Assembly (NCBI GenBank): GCA_016930485.1
Contig: JAFGGP010000021.1
Coordinates: 12,452 to 76,451, forward strand
Length of the DNA: 64,000 nucleotides
From: Candidatus Omnitrophota bacterium
GTDB taxonomy: Bacteria; Omnitrophota; Gorgyraeia; JAFGGP01
Direction: 5' to 3'
The position numbers were made by a program, and so were the translations under genes. The notes beneath the pieces are model-generated. The model did not search any database, was not told the DNA's origin, and saw nothing but the letters and a program-made list of their open reading frames with translations. This document shows positions 25,653-34,883 of the stretch, in pieces; positions within the stretch are counted from its first letter, which is position 1; every line of letters begins with the position of its first letter.

Positions 25653-26885
25653 TTAATTTTTTATCCCATGCAATTGCTGAATGGTATATCGCGCTTCTCC
25701 CAGATACCACTCGGACTCTGAATACTTTTTTTCAAGTACCTGGTTCTTATCTTCTACCTCTGCGATCTCTTCATGAAGCTCTCTATTCTGTCGCGCCAAC
25801 TCTGCCAGCGCTTCTTCCTTTTCCTGTAACTCCTCAAGAAGGTCTCTCTGTTTTTCTTTCAGCGCCTCTATTTCCTGTCTTGCGCTATCGAGCTGCTTTT
25901 CAAAAAATCGGCCATTGTCTATCTCTTCTGCGTCGATACGGCCGCCGGCCTTCAACGTCTCCCGTATGAGGTTATCCCATCGCGCCATCCATTCGCCGGC
26001 GAGCTGGCCGCATGTCGCCATCGAACTCTGCATCTCGGATATGCGACGTACAAGAGTTTCGGAATCGTTCTTTTGACGGGAGATTCTTTCTTCAAGGTCT
26101 TTGACTTTAGAATCCGCCTCGCCGCGATACCACTCGGATTCCTCGTACTGCCTTGTCCTTTCGTTCAGCTCCTGTCTCAAACAGTCATTCTCTTCGGCCA
26201 GTCTCCGGATGCGCTCCGCAGAATCTGCGAGAGCGCCCTTGAGCCGTTCCTTTGCCGCCTTTTCCTCACCGAGATACCATTGGGACTCACAGAACTGCTG
26301 TTCTACCTTGACCTGCTTTGCCGAGAGGTGCCTTACCTCTGCTTGGAGCCCTTCGATCAAGACGGCCGACTCTGCAAGAAGTCCTTCGATTTTTTCTTTT
26401 GCGGCTTTTTCTTCGCTCAGAGACGTCTGAAAATCATCGAGCTGTCTTTGCGCCAATTCATTTGCTGAAATGAGTCTGTGCACTTCTGCTGCCTGCTCTA
26501 CAAGATTATTTTTTAATTGGACCGCCTCGTGTTCGGCCTTCTCCCGTAATTGCCTTTCGCCCTGCAGTGACTGCCTGACACTGGACAATTCTTCTTGTAA
26601 CAGATTCTCGTTGCTGCGCAACCCGGGCTGCGGAGTCTTCTGTTCCTTAGAAACACGGATAAGGGTTTTCCGCGAGGTCAAAAGCCCTGCTATTCTGTGG
26701 ACGGGCTTCCGCTGCCTCTTCTGCCCGTCCCCAACGTCTGTCCCGGCATTCTGTGACGCACAAACCACGGCGGTCTGCCGACCGTCCTGGTCAGAGCCGA
26801 CTGACACGACGGCCGCACTGGGAGATTTTCTTTTTGCCGTGCCGGAATTTTTTTTTGCTTTGGATACACTCGTTTTCTTTTTCAT
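25653..26885 (-). CDS. coiled-coil protein with basic N-terminus and three ESxWY(L/R)GE punctuations (function unknown)
   Basis: Long heptad-rich sequence. The motifs are CESQWYLGEEKAAKE, EESEWYRGEADSK and SESEWYLGEARY. Confidence 0.7.
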   Translation of the reverse strand: MKKKTSVSKAKKNSGTAKRKSPSAAVVSVGSDQDGRQTAVVCASQNAGTDVGDGQKRQRKPVHRIAGLLTSRKTLIRVSKEQKTPQPGLRSNENLLQEELSSVRQSLQGERQLREKAEHEAVQLKNNLVEQAAEVHRLISANELAQRQLDDFQTSLSEEKAAKEKIEGLLAESAVLIEGLQAEVRHLSAKQVKVEQQFCESQWYLGEEKAAKERLKGALADSAERIRRLAEENDCLRQELNERTRQYEESEWYRGEADSKVKDLEERISRQKNDSETLVRRISEMQSSMATCGQLAGEWMARWDNLIRETLKAGGRIDAEEIDNGRFFEKQLDSARQEIEALKEKQRDLLEELQEKEEALAELARQNRELHEEIAEVEDKNQVLEKKYSESEWYLGEARYTIQQLHGIKN

Positions 26886-27247
26886 GTTTTCTCCTTGTTT
26901 ACATTTTTGAAAGGAAACGCAATAAAAAGGGTCGTCAGCAAGCTGTTAGAATATCGAGGATGAAATGACGATATTGTATAGCCGCGGCCATGAAATGTAA
27001 ATTAAATAATATCGGAAAAATACTAAGATGCCGGATCTTATTGTCTCGTCTGCGGTAGTGTCAATGGCGCAGTAAAGACCGTCAATATGCGGGCTGATAA
27101 AAGGGTACGTATAATAAGAACGGCTTGGACAGCCAACCGGGCATAGGCATCAGATACAGGTTGTGTTTCATTGTCAACGGCACATCCCCGATTTTTTCTT
27201 ATGCCATTTCATAAGGCCTCATGATATACTAATCGGGGGATGATGAT

Positions 27248-27904
27248 ATGTCAAAACACCCGTTTAAAATCATCTTTTTTTTCTTTCTTATCGGTGCTGT
27301 GCTGCTGCCCTCTCCTGCCCATGCTGCCCTCTCCTGGCGTTACAGCCTGCGCCAGGCGCTCAAGGAGGCAAAAAAAACCGGCACACCGGTCATGATAGAT
27401 TTCTATACCGACTGGTGCCATTGGTGTAAAAAGCTTGATCAGGATACGTATAGTGACGCGGCGGTCAAAAGACGCGCCGAGTATTTTCTCTGCGTGAAGG
27501 TGGATGGCGATAAAGAAAGAGAACTTGTTAAGGCATATGGGGTTAGAGGGTACCCGACCGTTCTTTTTCTCAATAGTGAAGGAAGCACTATCGGTCGCAT
27601 CCCCGGCTATGTCGGCCCAGAAGATTTCCTCAAGGTCATGGATGACGTCCTTAAGGAAACGGACGGCTATAACAAGAGGTCGCCGCGGCAAAAGACAGAC
27701 GCAGACCGCATCCCCAGAGAACCTTCTCCCACCGGCCTTGAACTCTCTGGGATTATGTATGACCCTGAAACCCCTGTGGCTATCATAAACGGTGAATTTG
27801 TCAAAGAGGGCGAATCGATCGGCGGGGCAACAGTTGCCGAAATCACCAAAAACAGCGTGCGGCTCGACAGGCAGGGTAAAGAAATTATCTTAACCACCGA
27901 TTAA
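27248..27904 (+). CDS. exported thioredoxin-fold protein fused to a GspB-like (T2SS protein B) C-terminal domain
   Basis: Signal peptide, YTDWCHWCKKLD (CxxC), and C-terminus LELSGIMYDPETPVAIINGEFVKEGESIGGATVAEITKNSVRL. Confidence 0.8.
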   Translation: MSKHPFKIIFFFFLIGAVLLPSPAHAALSWRYSLRQALKEAKKTGTPVMIDFYTDWCHWCKKLDQDTYSDAAVKRRAEYFLCVKVDGDKERELVKAYGVRGYPTVLFLNSEGSTIGRIPGYVGPEDFLKVMDDVLKETDGYNKRSPRQKTDADRIPREPSPTGLELSGIMYDPETPVAIINGEFVKEGESIGGATVAEITKNSVRLDRQGKEIILTTD

Positions 27905-28041
27905 ATCCCTTCCAGAGAAAGGTTCATCACTATCGACAATCAGAGTATCTTTGGTACCCCACGCCGTTACGCCACCGCGAAAAAGAAGAGAAAAGCGGGA
28001 ACTTATCGGTATCCCGGTGCGTCTAATTAACCGGAGAACAC

Positions 28042-28605
28042 ATGGAATCTATATCGGAAAACCTCATACAACAGGCAACGGGCGGTGATAGAGAGGCGTT
28101 TCGCCGGATATACCAGATAACCTCTCCCTTTGTGTATACCGTCGCCCTGCGCACCATCGGTAATGCCGAAGATGCCGCCGAGGTAACACAGGACGTATTC
28201 GTGAAACTGCACCGGTCATTAAAGAATTTCGAAGGGCGCTCGTCGCTTAAGACCTGGATATATCGCATTACGGTGAACACGGCGATAAACCACGCAAGAC
28301 GCGAAAATAAGCACAGGAGAAAACACATTGATTATCAAAAAGTCCCCGGCGAGGCGTTTTTGGCGGATACGACACGCGCTGAAATTGAAAAGGCTGACAC
28401 GCGCCAATACCTGAAAACACTCCTGGGCACGCTGCCCGAAGAACAGCGTGTCTGCATCATCCTGCGGGAATTAGAAGACCTGTCGTATGAGGAAATTGCC
28501 TCGACTCTGAAAATAAAACTGAATACCGTCCGCACCCGGCTGAAACGCGGACGCGAAAAACTGTTGAGCGCGGCAAGAAAAGAGGTGATAACCCATGAAG
28601 TGTAA
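28042..28605 (+). CDS. ECF (sigma-24) RNA polymerase sigma factor
   Basis: Region 2 (AEDAAEVTQDVFVKL...WIYRITVN) and region 4 (LSYEEIASTLKIKLNTVRTRLKRGR). Confidence 0.9.
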   Translation: MESISENLIQQATGGDREAFRRIYQITSPFVYTVALRTIGNAEDAAEVTQDVFVKLHRSLKNFEGRSSLKTWIYRITVNTAINHARRENKHRRKHIDYQKVPGEAFLADTTRAEIEKADTRQYLKTLLGTLPEEQRVCIILRELEDLSYEEIASTLKIKLNTVRTRLKRGREKLLSAARKEVITHEV

Positions 28606-29080
28606 AAAAGTAAAGGACTTGATTTTGACCGATTATAGTGACGGCCGGTTGGATGCGGCCGGAAACGAGGCGGTGCGCAGACATCTCGCAGCGTGTGCCG
28701 GTTGCAGGGCCTTTGCCGAAGAGGTGCAGAAAACGGTCGTAGAGCCTCTACGTAGGCAGGCGCCCGAAATGCCTCCGGCCCGGGTGTGGGAAATGATTGA
28801 GCGCCGCATTGGTGAAGATGACGCCCTTCCCCTGCAAGAAAGCGAGAACATCGGGGATCTCATCGTCAGGGCGCTCCTCGGTCTACGTCCGGCTGCCGCC
28901 GTCGTCTTTGCCGCGTGCCTCATCGTTGCCTTTTTTGTTATCTCGCAGAGGACTTCGGAGAATGCCATCGAGGAGTACCTCGCAGAACAAGGCTCGTTCC
29001 TCATGGCCTCTAACGGCGAGGCAAATGGCCTCACGGACGAGATGGATTTCGGCACCGCCATCGAAGAGTATTTCCTCTAA
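28595..29080 (+). CDS. anti-sigma factor (zf-HC2, single TM)
   Basis: HLAACAGCRAF motif and one TM helix. It overlaps the sigma gene stop. Confidence 0.8.
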   Translation: MKCKKVKDLILTDYSDGRLDAAGNEAVRRHLAACAGCRAFAEEVQKTVVEPLRRQAPEMPPARVWEMIERRIGEDDALPLQESENIGDLIVRALLGLRPAAAVVFAACLIVAFFVISQRTSENAIEEYLAEQGSFLMASNGEANGLTDEMDFGTAIEEYFL

Positions 29081-29135
29081 AGCGAAACTTTATGCCCCGT
29101 CTATCTGTCTCAAGAGACGGAAGGAGGTGATAAAC

Positions 29136-29675
29136 ATGAATATGCCGCTTACAAAAATTGCAGTAGCAGTCCTTGTAGTTCTACTCGCCGGTACCCCGAC
29201 CTTCGTCTGTGCCCAGCCGGGCGATAAAGAGCAAACGGCAGAATACCGGAAAGAGTGCCCCGGTAAGGAAGAATGGGCGCAAAGGCATCAGAAGATCATG
29301 GAAGAGCTGGGGTTGTCTCCCGAACAGCAGGTACTGATCAAGGAGCAGCACGAGGCCCTGAGGGGAAAGCAAAAAGAGATGCGTCAGGCCATCCAGGAAA
29401 AACGAAAGGCTTTGCGTGAGCTGCTCGGAAGCCCCGAGGTTAATCCTGCCGCCGCCAACAACCTTATCGATGAAATCACAACCCTCATGAATCAGCAGAT
29501 GCGCGACCGTGTCGATGCGATCCTCTCGATGAAAGACATCCTGACCGATGAGCAGTTTCAAAAGCTGCAAGAACTCCACAAAGAGAGAAAAGAACACTGG
29601 AAAAGACATAACGGGCCCGGTCACCACATGAAAGGCGATTTCGGCGACCAGTTCGAAGGCGGGCCTCCCCTCTAA
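29136..29675 (+). CDS. periplasmic Spy/CpxP-family (LTxxQ) stress protein
   Basis: Signal peptide MNMPLTKIAVAVLVVLLAG...CAQ, with LSPEQQVLIKEQ and LTDEQFQKLQEL repeats. The ATG at 29136 follows GGAGGTGA. Confidence 0.8.
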   Translation: MNMPLTKIAVAVLVVLLAGTPTFVCAQPGDKEQTAEYRKECPGKEEWAQRHQKIMEELGLSPEQQVLIKEQHEALRGKQKEMRQAIQEKRKALRELLGSPEVNPAAANNLIDEITTLMNQQMRDRVDAILSMKDILTDEQFQKLQELHKERKEHWKRHNGPGHHMKGDFGDQFEGGPPL

Positions 29676-29698
29676 AGAAAATGCCTGCCGCAGTTTTC

Positions 29699-29723
29699 AA
29701 GCCCGGGGCTAAGCCCCGGGCTT
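29699..29723 (+). terminator. hairpin terminator after the Spy-like gene
   Basis: AAGCCCGGGGC-TAA-GCCCCGGGCTT forms an 11-bp stem. The T-tract is weak. Confidence 0.6.
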
Positions 29724-29817
29724 GGTCTATAGATGTCATACACCAAATGGCCAATCCCCGCTTAAAAAGACCTTGCTAAAGTCATGGTTTCAGATTAAAG
29801 TATCAAGGGGTAATACG

Positions 29818-30546
29818 ATGCTTATCTCAATCGTCATACCGGTACATAATGAGGCCGGTAATATCGGGCCTCTCATTAACGAAATCGTACAGCTTTCATT
29901 AAAGGACCTCTATCAGATAGTCGTCGTAAATGACGCCAGCGACGACGATACGCCTCGTATCCTGTCAGAGAGCAAAAAAAATATACCTGCTCTCAGGGTC
30001 ATTTCGCTTAAAGAACAGCGGGGACAGAGCGCTGCCATTGCAACCGGTGTAGAGCAGTCTGAAGGAGATCTGATCGTCACAATGGACGGCGACGGGCAGA
30101 ACGACCCCGCAGACATCCCCAGACTGGTATCCGCGCTCCTGGAAGACCAAACGCGCCGTATGGTCGTAGGATTCAGAAGGAACCGAAAAGACTCGCTGTG
30201 GAAAATCACCTCATCAAAAATAGCAAATTCTGTAAGAAGTTTTCTGTTAAAAGATAATACGCCCGATGCAGGATGCGGTCTTAAGGCGTTTTATAAATCT
30301 ACCTTTACGGCGCTTCCGTTTTTTGACCATATGCACCGCTTCCTGCCGGCGCTCATTCAGATGCAGGGCGGGCGCGTTATTTCGATAGAGGTCAATCACC
30401 GGCCAAGGAAGCGCGGCAGGTCCAATTACGGAACGCTCGACAGGTTGTGGGCCGGCATAATCGACGTATTCAGGGTATACCGGATGCGCACGCAATCAGA
30501 AAAGGTCGCACATAAGGTCGCACATAAGGAAAGCCTCACTACATGA
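29818..30546 (+). CDS. family-2 glycosyltransferase (polyprenyl-phosphate glycosyltransferase, ArnC/DPM1-like)
   Basis: SIVIPVHNE, VVNDASDDDT and the DGDGQNDP (DxD) motif. Confidence 0.9.
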   Translation: MLISIVIPVHNEAGNIGPLINEIVQLSLKDLYQIVVVNDASDDDTPRILSESKKNIPALRVISLKEQRGQSAAIATGVEQSEGDLIVTMDGDGQNDPADIPRLVSALLEDQTRRMVVGFRRNRKDSLWKITSSKIANSVRSFLLKDNTPDAGCGLKAFYKSTFTALPFFDHMHRFLPALIQMQGGRVISIEVNHRPRKRGRSNYGTLDRLWAGIIDVFRVYRMRTQSEKVAHKVAHKESLTT

Positions 30547-30818
30547 AAATTAATATATTCTGGCTTATCATCGGTCTAACGGGGCAGGCATTTTTTACCC
30601 TGCGTTTCCTCATCCAGTGGATTACGACCGAGAAAAAAAGGGAAAGTGTCGTGCCTGAGATGTTCTGGCATTTCAGCATCATAGGCTCCCTCTTGCTTCT
30701 CTCCTATGCCATTTACCGCAGGGACCCCGTGTTCATCCTGGGGCAGTCGCTTGGCTCTATCGTCTACTTCCGCAATCTGTATTTTATCCACAAAGAGAAG
30801 CGGCATGCGGATAGTTAG
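30543..30818 (+). CDS. lipid-A-biosynthesis N-terminal-domain (LAB_N) small membrane protein
   Basis: GQAFFTLRFLIQW...WHFSIIGSLLLLSYAIYRRDPVFILGQ. There is an ATGA overlap with the GT2 gene. Confidence 0.8.
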   Translation: MKINIFWLIIGLTGQAFFTLRFLIQWITTEKKRESVVPEMFWHFSIIGSLLLLSYAIYRRDPVFILGQSLGSIVYFRNLYFIHKEKRHADS

Positions 30819-32412
30819 AGACCTCTGGCTTTCCTTTGTAATAGTGCTCCTTCTGGGAATAGTGCTCAGTCTGTCACTCCCTTATCTTGCCATCGATGAG
30901 ACACGGTACTTAACAGCGGCGTGGGAGATGAAGGAAAGTGGGTCTTTCATGGTGCCGCTGTTAAACGGTCTCCCCTACCCGCACAAGCCGCCGCTTTTAT
31001 TCTGGTTAATCAACCTGGACTGGCTTATCTTCGGCGTAAACGAAAAAACACTTCGTTTTATACCGCTCCTCTTCAGCCTGCTCAATCTGGTAATGGTGTA
31101 TATAATCGCCCTGAGGCTGTGGCAGGATAAAAAAACCGCGGTGTACGCGGCGCTCATCTTATCATCCACGCTCATTTATTTACTCTGGTCAGGACTCATC
31201 GTATTTGATATCATCTTCACCTTCTGGGTTCTTTTGGGGATCATCGGGCTTTTATCAGCGCGCACGAATAAGAGGATAGCGTGGTGGCTGCTCGTCGGCA
31301 TAGCCATAGGAGGAGGATTGCTGACGAAAGGGCCGGTTATTTTTGCGCACCTCCTCCCGGTGGGAATGCTGTACTTCCTGTGGAGGCCGGATGATGGACC
31401 AAATATGAAGAAATGGTATGCGGGAATCGTGCTGGCGGTTTTTACCGGCGCGTTCATGGCCCTGCTATGGGCTCTCCCGGCGGCCGCAATGGGCGGCGAA
31501 GCATACAAAAAGGCCATACTCTGGGGACAGACCGCAAACCGCATCGTATCTTCTTTTGCGCACCAGCGCCCTGTCTGGTGGTATGCATTTGTTTTCCCTC
31601 TGCTCTTTTTTCCCTGGATTCTGATAAAACCCACCTGGGTCGGCTATTCTGTGGCCAGAACCGATGCCGCTGTTCGCTTCCTCCTTGCCTGGATACTTTC
31701 GTCATTACTCTTATTTTCGCTTGTGAGCGGCAAACAGATATATTACCTGATACCGCTCCTGCCCGCATTGAGCCTGCTGGTGGCAAAAAATGCCGTAATG
31801 CACTGCACCGCGACGCAGGGGAAAATCCGGTGGCACTACCCGGTGGCTCTGTGTTACATTGTATTAGCCCTTATCATGTTGCTGGCGCTGGTGATAAGGC
31901 CTTCGGATGAGCTCGGCGGTTTCTCCGTCAGGGCGATCTCCGTATCGGCAATCTGCCTTATCGTCCTCGGCGGCGGTATGCTGCGCATCAAACCGGCGTG
32001 CGGCGATGTCGCCATCAAGACGATAGCCACCTCATCCATACTGGCCGTGATGATGCTCATGCTTCCCGCCAGAGGCACGCTTTTCAGCCGCTATGACATA
32101 CGGAATATGGCCCGTGTTCTAAAAGAAAAACAAAACGCCGGATACGCAATAATCCATTATGACAAATATCACGGGCAGTATCAGTTCCTGGGTCGTCTGA
32201 CCAGACCTTTGATCATCCTGGAAGATAAAAAGAGTATCGGGGACTATGCCGGTACACATAACAAAGTTCTTCTGATAACCTATGAAAAAAAGAAAAAAAC
32301 TCCCGATGAGAACGACGTGGTCTATCAGCAGTGGTACAGAGGCAAAAAAGTTGTTTTGTGGAATGAGGGTGGTATCCGGCATTTTGTAAGGGCGCCGGAC
32401 CCTGCCGGCTGA
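30805..32412 (+). CDS. family-39 glycosyltransferase (ArnT/PMT_2-like)
   Basis: DETRYLTAAWEM...PHKPPLLFW and more than 10 TM helices. I use the ATG at 30805. Confidence 0.85.
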   Translation: MRIVRDLWLSFVIVLLLGIVLSLSLPYLAIDETRYLTAAWEMKESGSFMVPLLNGLPYPHKPPLLFWLINLDWLIFGVNEKTLRFIPLLFSLLNLVMVYIIALRLWQDKKTAVYAALILSSTLIYLLWSGLIVFDIIFTFWVLLGIIGLLSARTNKRIAWWLLVGIAIGGGLLTKGPVIFAHLLPVGMLYFLWRPDDGPNMKKWYAGIVLAVFTGAFMALLWALPAAAMGGEAYKKAILWGQTANRIVSSFAHQRPVWWYAFVFPLLFFPWILIKPTWVGYSVARTDAAVRFLLAWILSSLLLFSLVSGKQIYYLIPLLPALSLLVAKNAVMHCTATQGKIRWHYPVALCYIVLALIMLLALVIRPSDELGGFSVRAISVSAICLIVLGGGMLRIKPACGDVAIKTIATSSILAVMMLMLPARGTLFSRYDIRNMARVLKEKQNAGYAIIHYDKYHGQYQFLGRLTRPLIILEDKKSIGDYAGTHNKVLLITYEKKKKTPDENDVVYQQWYRGKKVVLWNEGGIRHFVRAPDPAG

Positions 32413-32620
32413 GTGCCGGTTTGAAGAAAGATCCGCCGCGGTTTAATCCGTCTGCCCAAAGAGCCTACGGGCCTGTTTCCTCTCCTCAATCGCCTTATCC
32501 GGTAAGTTAGCTCACTTGCGTTCGTAACTTGCGCCGAACCGCGCAGAACTATGCGCGGAAGAGCACGGAAACTTGTATTTTTTGAATTTTCATACAGCAA
32601 GGTGTGCTATAATAAACCCG

Positions 32621-33607
32621 ATGAATATCTTCTGCGTAAGAAACCTGATGATTTTCTACCGGGAATTCGCGAGCCTCATTACCTCTGGCATTGACGTTAT
32701 CGAGGCAACCCGTCTTTTGACCCGTGCCGCCTCGAGCGCCTTGCTGAAAAACGCCGCGGGCCGCATACGCGAGGACCTTATACGGGGCACGCGACTCTCC
32801 GAGGCGATGCGGCGGCACGCCCGCCTTTTCCCTCTCTGGCATATCCATCTCATTCACTATAGTGAGCACGCGGGAAAGCTGGGCGAGGGACTTGAAAGTA
32901 TCGCCGACTACCTGGAAAAAGAGTACGATAACCAGAAAAAACTCATTATCGGACTCGCCTATCCTGTCTTTCTTCTTCACGCGACAATCTTCCTGTTGCC
33001 TCTTCCAGCCCTGTTTACCGGCTGCCTCGCGGCATATATCTTGGGCGTTCTACACTATCTCGTTCCGGTCTACCTTGTCTTGTTCCTGCTATACGCGCTC
33101 AAGCAGATGCTGGTTTTTCCCGCGGTCAAAAAGCCCTATGATGCGGTTATCCTTTTTGTGCCTGTCTTCGGCAGCCTTATCAAGCGCATCAACATCATCC
33201 GCTTCATACGGGCGCTCAAGTGCCTGCACGATGCCGGGGTAGCGATAACACTGGCCTGGAAGACGGCTATCGAGCTCTGTGACAATACCAGGCTGCGGAA
33301 CAGACTTCTGACAGGCTTAAGGGCGATCGAAGCGGGTCTGCCGCTCGAAGAGGCGTTCCGGCGCTCGACAATCTTTCCGCCCAAGGTGCTCAGCATGGTT
33401 GCCGTTGCCGAAAAAAGCGGGAGCGTCGGAAGCATGCTGGATAAAATGGCACAGTACGGCGAAAAGGAAAATGAAGTAGTCATGGGAATACTCCTGACCA
33501 CAATGCCGGTTGTCTTCTATCTTTTCGTTGCCGGATTTATCGCCTATAAGGTCATTACCTTTTATACGGAATATTTTTCAAAGATATCGTCGATGTACAC
33601 GATGTAA
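32621..33607 (+). CDS. type II secretion / type IV pilus platform protein F family (GspF/PilC-like), orphan
   Basis: Two T2SSF repeats: FYREFASLITSGIDVIEA...LSEAM and FIRALKCLHDAGVAITLAW...LEEAF. TATAAT sits just upstream of the ATG at 32621. The track start is a TTG. Confidence 0.78.
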   Translation: MNIFCVRNLMIFYREFASLITSGIDVIEATRLLTRAASSALLKNAAGRIREDLIRGTRLSEAMRRHARLFPLWHIHLIHYSEHAGKLGEGLESIADYLEKEYDNQKKLIIGLAYPVFLLHATIFLLPLPALFTGCLAAYILGVLHYLVPVYLVLFLLYALKQMLVFPAVKKPYDAVILFVPVFGSLIKRINIIRFIRALKCLHDAGVAITLAWKTAIELCDNTRLRNRLLTGLRAIEAGLPLEEAFRRSTIFPPKVLSMVAVAEKSGSVGSMLDKMAQYGEKENEVVMGILLTTMPVVFYLFVAGFIAYKVITFYTEYFSKISSMYTM

Positions 33608-33650
33608 TTACGTCTGCTTTCCCAGAGCGCCTAAAAGAAAGGAACACGGT

Positions 33651-34883
33651 ATGCGCGAGATCCCTGTTAAAGAACTTATCAGTAAAAGTGTCGAGCGGAC
33701 AAAACTCATCCTCTTCCGTCCGTTCTCTCTGAAGAAATGGCTCAAGTTCCTTGTCATCGCAGTCCTGGCCGGCGCTCTTTCGACGGGCGGAGGAAACGGC
33801 AGTGGGAGCTGGGGCAATCGGAACAATGACACGCGGACAGATACCATGTCGGCACAAGAAGGACGATCCCCCGCGCAAAGTGCGGCGGATGAGGCCGCGG
33901 GGAAAGCAGAAGAGCAGGTCACTCCCGGCACGGCAGACGCTGGTTCGAATCCTGCAGGCTCGGATGCACCCCGCTACATAGGAAGTCCGTTACAGAAGCA
34001 ACAGGAATCCGGCAAGCAGAGTACGCAGGTGCCCTGGGAAAAGATACTACTCCCCGGCCTGGCCCTTCTTCTCATACTGGGAACGCCGCTGGCTATATTT
34101 TTTGCCTGGCTCGGGGCACGGTTTCAATTTATCTGGCTTTATGCAGTGGTCTCGAACGACCCGTTAATCAAAGAGCCTTTCCGCTATTATAAAAAGGAGG
34201 GGAATTCGCTTTTCAGGTTTTTCCTCCTCATTTACGCAATTAATATCGCCGCCATCTTGATTCTCGGCTCCAGGGCTTATTTCGGTATGAAAGAGGCCAG
34301 GGTTTTCGAGCCGGGATTCGTCTTGTCCGCCTCAGAGGTTTTTCGGATTTTTACTGTGCCATTGATTATCTTTGCAGTCATCGTAATAGGAATGGCGGTC
34401 CTCTTTGCCTTTGTTAATCACTTCCTCGTGCCGATTATGGCAATGAATAAGACTTCCTTCCGCAGCGCGTGGGATACATTGGTGAAGATCGCGAGGGAGC
34501 ACGCGAAAGACTTTTTCATATTCATACTGGCGCTTGTCGGTCTTCGAATCGTGACCGCTATTATGGGCGTTATCATAGGAGGGATCGTGCTGCTTGCAGC
34601 CCTGATTGCGGGACTCATCGTATTAGGCATACCGGGTTATCTGCTGGGGTCTGTGCTCAAGGCAAAGATGCTTGCGGCCGTCCTTGGCATTATTGTCGGC
34701 ATCCCCATCATTGCCTTGCTGATACTTCTAGGCTTAAGCATCGGATTGCCCTTTGCGGTCTTTTTCAGGAACTTTTCCTTATATTATCTCTCAAGTCTTA
34801 AGTGCGGCTACACGCCCCTGCCGCTGGAAGAGCCCGGAGAAGCGGCACCGGAAGAACCGGGAGAGACGGGTGGGGTTATCTAA
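33651..34883 (+). CDS. polytopic membrane protein with a disordered Gly/Ser/Ala-rich loop (unknown family)
   Basis: The ATG at 33651 is chosen within the longer ORF. One N-terminal TM helix, a low-complexity loop of about 100 aa, then about six TM helices. Confidence 0.65.
   Translation: MREIPVKELISKSVERTKLILFRPFSLKKWLKFLVIAVLAGALSTGGGNGSGSWGNRNNDTRTDTMSAQEGRSPAQSAADEAAGKAEEQVTPGTADAGSNPAGSDAPRYIGSPLQKQQESGKQSTQVPWEKILLPGLALLLILGTPLAIFFAWLGARFQFIWLYAVVSNDPLIKEPFRYYKKEGNSLFRFFLLIYAINIAAILILGSRAYFGMKEARVFEPGFVLSASEVFRIFTVPLIIFAVIVIGMAVLFAFVNHFLVPIMAMNKTSFRSAWDTLVKIAREHAKDFFIFILALVGLRIVTAIMGVIIGGIVLLAALIAGLIVLGIPGYLLGSVLKAKMLAAVLGIIVGIPIIALLILLGLSIGLPFAVFFRNFSLYYLSSLKCGYTPLPLEEPGEAAPEEPGETGGVI

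Noticed and set aside
28797-29135. N-terminal 113-aa extension of the Spy-like ORF (292-aa version)
   Set aside because: The extension overlaps the anti-sigma gene in another frame. The internal ATG at 29136 has a GGAGGTGA RBS and begins a proper signal peptide.
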